A stretch of DNA of 40,647 nt, taken from the NCBI GenBank assembly GCA_030167865.1, contig JALAGF010001235.1, positions 1 to 40,647 of the forward strand. Reading direction: 5' to 3'. A program made the translations under genes and the position numbers. This DNA is from Craspedostauros australis. Its lineage: Eukaryota. Shown here piece by piece: positions 19,061-29,948 of the stretch; the stretch's first letter is position 1, and every line of letters starts with the position of its first letter. A model generated the notes under the pieces. It ran no database searches, was not told the origin of the DNA, and saw nothing but the letters and a program-made list of their open reading frames with translations.

Positions 19061-20223
19061 CCAATTCGCAGCTGCTGCATCGAAAGGTGATGATTTGACA
19101 ATTCGGAGAATTTGTGGCGTGCTTACGTCCATGAGTGTTGGGCTGCAACCATGGTGGTTGGTAGTTGCGCCCATGATCACAGTCTTCGTCTTGATGAAAC
19201 GGTCGTTCACTATCCTGCGAAGCTGCATCGGAGTTATGCGTTCCTGCATGCGTGTGCGTGTGCGCGAGCGTGCATGTGTGGGCGCGGAAGCACACGAGCA
19301 TATGCCTTCTTTGCAACTGCGGATGAGCCCGTTGCTGCCCTCACACTGACGAGTATGGATTGTTGTCGTCAGGATCGCATGCCACCTCCCGATGGCCTTG
19401 CCCAGCCGTCTCCCATTTGGCAACCACAGTCATCGCCGACCCATGATTCATGGGGAAGACTTGATGGACGTGTACGAGATATTTTGTGAGGATCGTTGTT
19501 ACTTGTTGGACGATGCTCTTTTGATGTCATGGTGTTGATTGTGATTGACCCATCATTTTGTCTCGTGTTGGTGATGGTGGTCAAATGGGCGTTCTCTCGC
19601 TCCCCAATCCACCAACCATTCGCAAGGGAGTTTGCGTCATGGTGAACGGTCCAAGTGCGAACGTCGGCGCTAATCCCCGTGGTGATGCCTTGGCGACTGT
19701 CTTGATAGCGCGATGTGTTGGTTGTTGCCATTTGTTGCGAAAAGCACCAACGGTGATGGAAAATGACAAGCCTGTCATCAAAACCAAATTGGGAAGGTGC
19801 CAGCATCGCCACACCGTCACCGTCACCGCCGCCAGCAGCAGGGGCAGCAGCAAGGTTGCCTCATCAACGCCGGAGCATGAGAGCGGTGGTGTCAACCTTT
19901 CACTGCGGCACCTATTTTGTCCTTTGTTCATTGATTCAGTGAAGGGACAACAACGTGAGGGTCGGTGATCATCTTGATCAATTTGTTCTTTGTCATGACG
20001 TTGATCGTGATGTTCACGACCGGTGGGTTCCGTCCGCGGCCAACAAAAGCAATTTGCTCTGTGACAGATAGAGTCAAGTGTGCTTTCACCAGGTTGCTGT
20101 TCACTGCTCCAATACCGATTTGTCTGGATGCCTGCCTGGTTGAATCGTTGACTGCCCAAGAGGACCCCAGCCGCTGAGTCCGTTGTCTGCCCGCAGTCCC
20201 TCCTTGCGTTTCATGTTTGGATG

Positions 20224-20241
20224 CTCTCTCTCTCTCTCTCT
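20224..20241 (+). repeat. (CT)n microsatellite
   Basis: Run of about 9 CT units; a similar run lies near 25951-25967. Confidence 0.8.
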
Positions 20242-23200
20242 GTCTTCTTTCCTCGTCGACCGCCGTGTCAACTTCGCAAACCCCCTCCTGAGTCTCGCGC
20301 GTTGCCTTTGGATGTAGTCGTCGAAAGAAAGATAATAGAACAGCGTTCCATACTACGAATACCAATCCGGATAGAGCCATCGACGAAAGGACTAGAACTT
20401 ACGTGGTCGCTTGGTTGTCGTGAAGAACACCCACGAGAGTTGAACTGTGATCAGTGTTCCTCCTCAGCCTAAAATACTTGATCCATCACCTATTCCACTC
20501 TCATTGTTCCCTGCTTTGGGATGACTGTCGACAAAATTGCCAACGACATCCGAGGTAGGAGGTGTGGGCGGCAGCGGTGAGAATGCTTCGTCCTGATGCA
20601 GACTTGTGGATACTAATACTCGCAGATGCCACTGCTGGCTCGCACCTGAGTGCGCGTGCGAGCAAGAAAGCGATGATGGATGTTGGATGACCTCCAGGAC
20701 ACAACCTTCTACATTCGGTGGAATACGTTCTGTTCTGGAGATTGGAACAACCATGGAACAAAACGACCACCCGTTCCCAAACAGCAATCCACTGTCTGCA
20801 ACACCCATCCTATCCCCGCCACGCACATAAAGAGTCCGGCTTTGAGCTTCGCTTCCTTGCTGTTCTTCTTCGTCGGCGTCGCTCTTCTCTGGCCCAAGCA
20901 GCTCGGATTGCGATGTCGGCCATGGTGCGCGCAACCATCCCACTTGTGTGAAGCGTGGGGCGCCCAATTATGCCGCGTCAAATCCAAGGAGAAACTCCTC
21001 CCGCCGACAAACGGTTGAAGCAACAGAACGCAAAACTTTTCCTCAGGAACGCAAATCTGTGATGTCAACAGTTACTCTGCTGTACTCGCGCGATAGTCCA
21101 CACCTGCCTTGATCCACACCACGAGCGCCAATGCGAATACTCGGACGTACGTATACTGGAGCTTCTCACGATCACGGCACACTGTGCGTGGCGATCTGCG
21201 CAGTTGGTAGAAGCTGATCAGCGGATGCCATTCCAGAATCGTATCACCGTCCACACATGAAGATTGGGCAATTCCACCCCCGCCTCCAACTCCGACACTC
21301 TGCTGCGGCGAAGGTTGGCCACAAGAAGAGGCCCAGGCAGAGCGTAGCAAGTGCGGCCTGTTCCTCCATCATCCACACAAAAACAGCTTCGTCAACGTGG
21401 TGGCGTGACTCTATGAATTGACGCGAAGCAGAACAAAGCGGAACAGAACAGGGTGGAGCAGAGTACTCGAATTATTGGTCTTGTTGTCTGTTGTTGTCTT
21501 TTGTGTGGTTGTTAGACGAGCACACGAACCTCAATTTCGGCCTGCCTGTTGCAGAGCACCATACCACGCCGTACTGCCACGCACCAGCGACGCTCCGCAC
21601 ACATGCGCTGCGATCTACTCTACTCTAATATTATATTCTATAATACATGTTATATTACACGAGCTGTAATACCATACATACTCGTACCCTGTTCATGATG
21701 CGCTCGTCCACCACTTGCCGATTAGTGCTGTAGTCGTACAATTTCAATGCACACGCATGCCCATACATTCATACTATTCGATAACATCATGTAATGGTAC
21801 GGCACGAGTGCAATACTCTCCACCAGTACTCTCGATCGTAGTCGTACGCATTCCAAATGTCATCGGAAAAGGTAAGCAGCGACCACGTTTGCGTTGAACA
21901 TGCGACGTGGGCAAGATCTCGCGCCACCGCCGCCGCAAACGTATGACATTTGTGCAAGTACTGGCTTTAGGTTCCTGCCACCCTGGCCTCCAGCCACTCA
22001 CCTCTGACATATTATACTTGTGCCATGCTCTTGCTATCTTCGTACTGATGCTCCTCGCTGGGATACCACACAAGCGGAATCACGTGTGGCATCCCTCTTG
22101 CGTGCATTCTCCAGGGTCCAGTGAAGAGCATCACGCAGACAAGTGCAACCAGGGCCACGAATACACCATCCCAACTCGTACCAGAGGAACAGAACTATCA
22201 TCGCTGGCCATCCAAGGTACCGGTAATCCAAACATACTTGTGCGCCTGCGTGGATGGTGTCCACAAGGAGAAAATGTTTGCCGCTGCGCCACGTTGCTGT
22301 TCTATCCGATGGACGTTCATGTTCCCTTCATCTCTACTCCACATGTTTGTCCCTTGCACTTTCGGTAACCCTCCCTGTTTCGCCTATCCTTGTTCTGGCC
22401 CAACCAAGCGCGTTGTTGCGCAGTACGCATGTAAAGTGCGTGTGCGTTCGTCCACGCTGTTGTGGCAGTAGGATCGGCAGGAGTCGCTACACTGGTATCA
22501 GAGTACTCGTGATTGCAGGTAGTCTTCGTGTACCAGTTCGTGCAGAAGGTTGATGCTTCACGAAAGTGCCAATCAGCGTTTGTGCTTCCGTCGCCCTCTG
22601 TCTTCATTTATGAGAGGCAGGGATTGACCAACTTGCCGACGTGGTTCGTGGGTCATGATGAATCTGGTTGATCATTCTGCCAAAGTTTGGGATACTTGGT
22701 GAAAACAAACCGACGTCGTGAGTACCGCAGGTCCCTGGGTTCTCTTGCTTCGTTCTGGCATCCTTTTGCACCTACTCGTGCGTTCAAAGGGTGGTTCCAT
22801 TTGTTGTTGATGTTGCTACTGCTGTTGCTACTGCTGTTTCGATCGTCTCCGCGTACGCAACATGTTGTCGGCAAGTGATTGGTGGGTAGCCCTTCACGTT
22901 GCCGATTTTTCGACACCACTGTCACGGATTAAACTCCCCTCTGCGCACTTGTCATCTGCCGAAAGGCCGAAGAGGAGAGAAAGGGGTGGCACAAAAACGG
23001 TCGCGGCGAACACCCATTTCCGCGCACACAGTGTGGATACGAGAGCACAAAGCAACATCTGTTCTCCGCTGAAAGTGCCCACAGTTTTGGCTGTCGCAGT
23101 CACGGTAGCGCAACGAGGGTTTCCATCTTGCACGCGTCGCACCCACACTGACAGCATCCAGTAGCAAAAAACGAACAACAGTTCTTGTACGAAGCCTTCG

Positions 23201-23300
23201 CTCCATTGTTCATGGACAACAAGCTGTCACACCATACTCGTACACTGTGCTTGCGCACTACACCAACACACAATACACCTGCTCCGCTCACGCACCACAT

Positions 23301-23323
23301 CACAGCACAGCACAGCACAGCAC
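23301..23323 (+). repeat. Pentamer repeat (CACAG)4
   Basis: cacagcacagcacagcacagcac. Confidence 0.8.
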
Positions 23324-24451
23324 GTCGCATCGCGTACAGCTTTGTTGCTCTCTGACTCTCTGCATTCTTGTACATACTTGTACATACTCGCACATACCTT
23401 CCCGTGCTGGTGCTGTACCAAAGGCAATCACGGAGGTGCACAACAGCCACACTCGTCATCTCTTTCGTCTTGAATGCGATAGCGCTTCCATTCCGATCGA
23501 GATCAAACCAAACCAAACCCACGCAGAATCAGTCACACCAGCTTGACGCGTCGACGACAGGTTGAGCAGAGCAGAGTACATAGGGTTTGTGCTGGCCACG
23601 ACCTGTGTGATACCGCACCGCGCCAAGCCGCACCGCATCGCATCGCACTGCACCATACTGGCACCCACCACCACCAACATCACATCAGCCTTTTCGGGAT
23701 CAACAGCGGTGGGCAAGCGCAACGACTCGTTGCAACCCAGGCCTCTTCAGAGATCCATGCTTCGGACCGGTTGGAAGCGACCTGCACGTACTCGTACAGG
23801 TACCATACGACTACCATACTCCACAACCTGTCTCATCACAGCTTGAAATCACATTTGGCAGCCGGGCATACAATACCCAAGACCAATCCACACACCAACA
23901 AGAAAAGAAGCAAACAAACTAACGTCCTTGCGTACCGAGCCAAACCAAACGACAGAGACAACTGGCGCAAGAGCGAAATCAGTAGCCGGGACAGGCAGAG
24001 GCGTAGAACACTACGGACAGCCACGCAGCTCGCCGCCAGCGTCGTTTTCAACTTTAAGCGCTGCACGTGTTACGTGGCAAGCGTGAAAAAGGCCATCACG
24101 ACAGTCATATCCGACTTACATGCCATAATCTGACACCAATCGACTTTCACATCTCTGCACACTCAGACTTTCGTTTTGGACAGCGACAGCGACAGCGACA
24201 CCGAGGTAAGCGAGCAGTGCGTCATACTGGGAGATCATATTCCCAACGTATCGTTCCAGATTACGTCAGACCTGATAGCAACGCAAGCGATCAGCCCTCT
24301 CCTGAACAAACCTACCATACATCGGCAGCCATCTGAGCTCTCGCGTATCGTCAGCGCTATCAGGGGTAGCAGTTACAGCAGTATCCGCCGCGCCAAAACA
24401 GTCACACACGCAGGTGAAGTACCATACGCCACTGAATCTCGACAATCAATC

Positions 24452-25681
24452 ATGAAGAGGTCATGGCAGCTCGAAGGCAAGCCGGAGCCACGCTTCGTCC
24501 AAGTGGTCAGTTCTATCGATGTGCTGCTGGGCCGCGGGCACGGGCCAAACGACCACAGCGGTAACACCTACTACCGCTCCTTGGTCAAGGAAGTGATCCC
24601 AAAATACAAGCTCGCATGTCGTCATGGTGACAAGACCAGGATTGCCCGTCAGATCGTTGCAGCGATTCATGCCAAGAAAGGCAGGTTCCTCCGCAGACTG
24701 GAACCGAGGGAACTTCAAGAGATGAGCCAAAACAAGGAGACGATGCCCCTCGGCGAAGCCTGGAGAGCTCAAGGGGTGGGCATCTACGAGGTCATCGACG
24801 ATGAAACTGTGCTCGTCCAAAAAACAAAGCAGGCATTTCGTCACTGTCTTCGCCGAGGCCCGAAATCAAGACCAAGGGTGGGTGCTGGCTGGTCTTCCTC
24901 AACTTTAGCCACCTCCACATCGACGCCTTCCTCTCTGGCTTCTCAGATGGACAGAAAACCAGCTGCAGCACCCGACGTGCACACCCAGGCACGCCATCCT
25001 GAAGATCCTGAGCAACACGGCGCGCTCGACGTCTCCAAGATTGCGACCTCTGAGACTCCGGCCATTCCCGCAGTCACAAGAGCGTCCAATGCCACGGTTG
25101 GCTCCATTTTAACCGACGTTGTGGCTCCTTCCTGGGCACCTCCCGCAGCAGCGATCACCAACATTGCGGCATCTCCAAACACGTACAATCACGACATCTT
25201 AAGTCATGGTGTTGCATCCCAGTACCTGAACGAGAAGCTCAGATCTGGGCATCTCTCGCTGCAACGACAACATCAGCAGCAGCAGCAGCAGCAGCAGCAG
25301 CAAGAACGCCAACAAGCCCTCGCAATCTCCAGCGCGTTACTCCAGGCCAGGGCAGAGGAAAGGGAAGAAGCAAAACGGCGCCTGCTTCGCAACTTGCTGC
25401 ATTCCGACGATCCCTTCATGGCGCGTGCTGTAAGCGAGATCCTCATGACCACAGGAACGTCCATAACCGCTGCACCCCCGCCGTTAGCACAGCCGGAGGA
25501 TGGTCTCATCAACGTTGCTCGTCCTCCTTTGTCAGCAGCTCATGCGCAGGTACTCTCTCCGCTAACCAGCCCAGATGCTCACAAAACAGACCAAATGTTG
25601 CTTCTGGCGGAGAGAGCACATTTGCAACAAGAGCGTTCTCGCATTCTTTCCAGCTTGCTCTTTCGAAACAACTTAGGATGA
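24452..25681 (+). CDS. DUF6824-domain protein (diatom-expanded family) with a low-complexity poly-Q C-terminus, about 409 aa
   Basis: DVLLGRGHGPNDHSGNTYYRSLV...Y...DKTRIARQIVAAIHAKKGRFL...YEVIDD...KTKQAFR matches the DUF6824 signature. First in-frame ATG is 24452 (caatcATG); the frame is open from 24176, so an upstream start is possible. (CAG)9 at 25274-25300. Confidence 0.85.
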   Translation: MKRSWQLEGKPEPRFVQVVSSIDVLLGRGHGPNDHSGNTYYRSLVKEVIPKYKLACRHGDKTRIARQIVAAIHAKKGRFLRRLEPRELQEMSQNKETMPLGEAWRAQGVGIYEVIDDETVLVQKTKQAFRHCLRRGPKSRPRVGAGWSSSTLATSTSTPSSLASQMDRKPAAAPDVHTQARHPEDPEQHGALDVSKIATSETPAIPAVTRASNATVGSILTDVVAPSWAPPAAAITNIAASPNTYNHDILSHGVASQYLNEKLRSGHLSLQRQHQQQQQQQQQQERQQALAISSALLQARAEEREEAKRRLLRNLLHSDDPFMARAVSEILMTTGTSITAAPPPLAQPEDGLINVARPPLSAAHAQVLSPLTSPDAHKTDQMLLLAERAHLQQERSRILSSLLFRNNLG

Positions 25682-28474
25682 GCACGAGCGACAGCGAAGT
25701 GCTGCCTGCGCAGCAATGCGCAGCCACGCGCTCGGTTGATCGAATGATCCACTGCTGAATCTGGCAAAGTCGCGCTGATCGAACGATCAAGACAGTCACC
25801 GCCATGGACTGATTTGACAGGGGGGTTGTCAAACGAGGATACCCTGCTTGACGCCGTTCTCCTCTGGCACGTCGCATGCTTCCATACCGGCGTATGGCAT
25901 GGGACACCATTGTGTTATCGTTCTCTCCAGCTAGAGCTGTTCCGGAACGATCTCTCTCTCTCTCTCTGCTCGCGGAGATGCTGAGGAACAAAGCCTCGAT
26001 CGAAGCGACTTTTGCTTTTTGTGCCACTGCCACCAATTCTGTAAACAAGGGAAATCATACATAGATCAAGCTACTCTACTCTGCTCCAGATAATACAACT
26101 CTATAGAAACATCAACGCAGGCAATCGAACGAGCGAACGAGACGACATATGCATGTGCTTGTGCACGACTAGTCGAGTATACGGGATATGATGTAGAAAT
26201 AATATCATAGTATCAGATACCATAGGAGTTCATGGTTCTCTATCGTGTACTGCTACTATCTCCATTGCTCCTCTGAGACCAACACTTGGCTCTGGGAGAG
26301 TTTGAAACATGCAATACTCTCCGGAGCACGAGGACGACGGAGACAATTCGTTTGAGTGAGATCTGTATGCTTCAATCTGGAGGGTTGTTGACCACCCACC
26401 TCGCAGCTCGCAGAGATGCATGCTAGATCATCGAATCCTACCTTCCGATTCCATGTCACATTCGTGCTCTGTTTCGCTTGTCGTAGCACGGACAAGCACT
26501 CAATGGTGCCATTGACACTATCCCTCGGTAGACCTGATGCCGTTTCGATTGCAGTTCTCGACCCCATGAGGCACTCGTACCATACATGTATCATGACCAG
26601 CAACCGTCGGAGATTCTCCGGTATCTCCACTCGACATTTGGCAGCTCTTGGCTTCGCTTCTGCCAACTCTTCTGCTCCGCTGCAGCCGCCCAGGAGCTTG
26701 TACATTGAAAAACTATCGCCAGACAGATCGGGACGCCGATGCTCCAGACAGATGCTGATAGCAAGGCTGATAAGACACGACTTGAGTGGACCAGAGTCGC
26801 TCTTTGGAGCGCCATGCCTCGGCGATGTTCTTGTTGTCGGTTCTCGCTCACTCCGTATGTACGAGTCGGCAAGTGCGCATAGTTCGTATCCACAGGCTGG
26901 GTGTACTCGTGGTATGATACACACACTACTTGTATGTATGTTTAAGTTTGCGTGTGAGTCGCTGAGGTCATTTCTCTAGCTGGTCAGAACTCGCGGATTC
27001 CACATTGTCGTGGATGCTGACATCCTTGAGCAAATGCTTCACTTCGACTCGTGATTGTCAACATTTTTGCGCATCCCAAGTGAAGAGAAACAGCCGATTC
27101 TTGGTCGTTGTTGGTTGTATCGATGGCTGCAAATGGCAAAGAGCGCAGGCAGCATACGCGCACAAGTAGCTCGTAGCGTACAAGTAGTTCGTAGGTATAA
27201 TATGATAGGAGTTGACAGCGGACCCGGAAGGAGGGAAAATCTATTCTCAAGTCTTCATTGCCAGGTTTGGATTGGCGGCACCTTGGAGCGTCTGGCATCA
27301 CGGAAGCCTATCTGGGCTGTTGCATCTCAGTGTTGGAGTAGTCGGCACATTCGACTATTCTGCTCTACTTTTCTGCGCCGAGTCCCTGATCCTTGAGCGA
27401 GGAGGAAACCAGAGCATCGTGGCTGTAGACAAAGGCAATCGCGTTTTGTCAAGGGAGGTCGCTCGTGAACAGCATCACACATAGGTCCAAGGGGATGAGA
27501 AGTCGTAGTTCCTCCCTGTATTCCGACAGACCTACTCGCACATACTGGTAGAAGTTCGCAGCAGCAACACCAGCACATGAACACAAGAAAAAGAACAATG
27601 ACAGACATGTCCGTGGGCACCAGTATCGACACTGACAGCAACACAGTGAGCGCCAACACTTCGTACTCTACTCGTAGTATGAATGTTATCATGAACACAA
27701 TGAAGGTGATGGCAACTGCGAATATAGCGCCCTGCAATGTCCCAAAGGTAGGCCACATCAACAAAAACGTCAGAAACACCAGAAAGCGGTCGAGAGAAGA
27801 CAGAACACTGACTAAATTCGTGAAGGCATCAAAGCTCCCTGGAACGGACGCTTGTCGTGATTTGTATGTTCGATGTTCTTTCTGCACATGTGTTACGGAT
27901 ACGCCATGGTTTGAGTACCGTGCTCAAATCGTATTCGTGAGGAGTCTGAGAATGAGCCACGTCGATGGCTTCCCTGCAGGTCGTGATGGGTCGCGACGTG
28001 TGATGCATGAAGGAGCACCTGTGTTCTGTATGCGGTTGTTTCAGAAAATGCGATCACCACGCTTTCTGCCGCCACGTGAACTGTTCTGTCATACGTTTGC
28101 CCCGAGTAAAACATTTGGTCCATGAGGGTTGGTTGTTCGTTGTGTTTGGGGCGCATGAGTTTACCAGTTCGTGCGCAACTGACTTTGCACACGGACAAGA
28201 ACGCGAAGCCAAGGATGGCATCAAGGTGGGAGTCGTTCTTGGGCGAAATCGAGCTCCGGGAACACACTTGGCTGTTCCTCAGCATTGGTACATCCAACTC
28301 ACTACCTGTTCCCCTAGTCTGCAGCTATGCAAAGCGCTGACGAAGTTGAGCGCGACCGTTGGCAAGGGTTCCACAGAACCATGAGCAGATCAGCATTGTT
28401 CCATGCTCGGAATGGCGCCAGCTTCATGGAACAACGCAGACACGAGCTCGATGGACCAGATGCTATTCGGACAC

Positions 28475-29948
28475 TTAGACTTGATCACGGAGCGACTTTG
28501 ACATGAAGTCCTCGTAGCTGCCACCGAAGATGCGACGGACGTCTCTGCGCACCTCTTGGCGGGACATTGTCCATCCTGACAACAACAGCTTCTCGTATTC
28601 AGCACCGAGGACCTTGGCCAAGACCGCTCTTGAATGCGGCCATTTGTAAAGCATCTGATCGACGACCCGCGCATCGCTATGCTGGGCCGTGAATGATGTT
28701 CCGAGCATTTCGACACGCATCTTGGTGATTTCCTCAATGATGCTAGGGTTGTTGCAAAACCACCAGCAGCCATAAATGTGCAGGTTGCGGAACTTTGTCG
28801 CCAGAACACAAGCTTCGTGCTGGTTGTTGCGAGATAGAAAGGTTGCCAGGAAACGGACCTTCGGAAATCTCGTGCAGAGTCTGCCGAGCATGGCTGCATC
28901 GGCAAATGCCACGACGCCATCCCCGGCGCTCTTTAGCTTCGGATTGGTCCCCCGACGGGCTCCGATCTTCAAGGCAACTGGAAGGTCTCGTTCTGCGCAC
29001 ACTTTCATGAGCACTTCGCTGAGAAAGTCGCTATTCTCGTCGATCACGCTGGGTGCTTCATCCTGGGCTCCGTCGCAGCCAACCCCGCAATTGGCTCCTG
29101 AATTTGTGGCATCGACAAAAGCGAACGGCCGCTTCATTGCGCTGACGTTCATCGATTGCGTCAGGGCGCGGGTGCCATCGGCACCAGTCGTGGCCAAACT
29201 ACCTTCGCGAAGGACAAAATCATGCGGTGTGGATGCCATCATGTATTCTGGCTCCATCACGTCGCACCACTCTCTCAGGTAGTCTCTGGCCCCATCCATC
29301 GTTTCCGGGTAGCCTGACGATTTCAATGCAGCTTCGATTGCAGGGCGATCGCCTGCCAGCAAAGGGTCCACCCTCAGTGCGCTGCGAAATCTTGTGGAAT
29401 ATCCCACCTTGTGAGGTTTCCAATACTTGGCTTCGAGAGCGTCAAATGGAATGTTTGTCATGATGGCATACTTCACACCTGCCGCTGCGAAGATTTGCTC
29501 GCAGAAAATCTTGGCTCCGGCCTCGCCCTGGCACTGGAGTTTTTCGTAATGAAGCCGAATGGCTGACAGATCGCGCGTTCGCACAGCATCCGATAATCCC
29601 AGCCTCGTCAACACGGTCACCACGCCGCGACAGGCTTCAGACATGGGCAACCGATCAAGAAAGAGAGCCTGCCAGATCATGTCGGCCTGGTCCTGCTTGG
29701 TCGATGCAAAGAAATTCTCTGGGGTCACGGAAGCATCAGCCACCATGAAATATTCCGCAACGAGATAGTGGTATGTCAGCAGCTCATCGATTCCCCACAG
29801 GCACAGTATCCCGTGTGTTGGCGGTAGCAAGTGGGTGTGCAAATCAATGGCGGTGGCAGTTTGAACCTCCGACATGACTATGGCTTTGATGGCTGATGTA
29901 TCCACAGTGTCCTTCATGACAGCGCTGTGATTTGGGATGGCCGGTTGT
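28475..29948 (-). other. uxaC: Uronate (glucuronate/galacturonate) isomerase exon, amidohydrolase superfamily
   Basis: HxH metal motif (DLHTH), TYHY, WWF and HSDAR motifs typical of the Bacillus halodurans Bh0493-like uronate isomerase subfamily. Confidence 0.88.

Noticed and set aside
18377-19423. 348-aa minus-strand ORF
   Set aside because: It runs through a hexamer microsatellite and promoter-like T tracts, and has no domain or codon-bias support.
22490-22503. CA-C-TGGTATCAGAG, resembling an LTR end followed by a plant-type tRNA-iMet PBS
   Set aside because: No gag/pol remnant or second LTR nearby; an isolated 11-mer can occur by chance.
26256-26979. Overlapping 222-aa (-) and 187-aa (+) ORFs
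   Set aside because: No recognisable motifs and neither strand is favoured; cannot be supported as a CDS.
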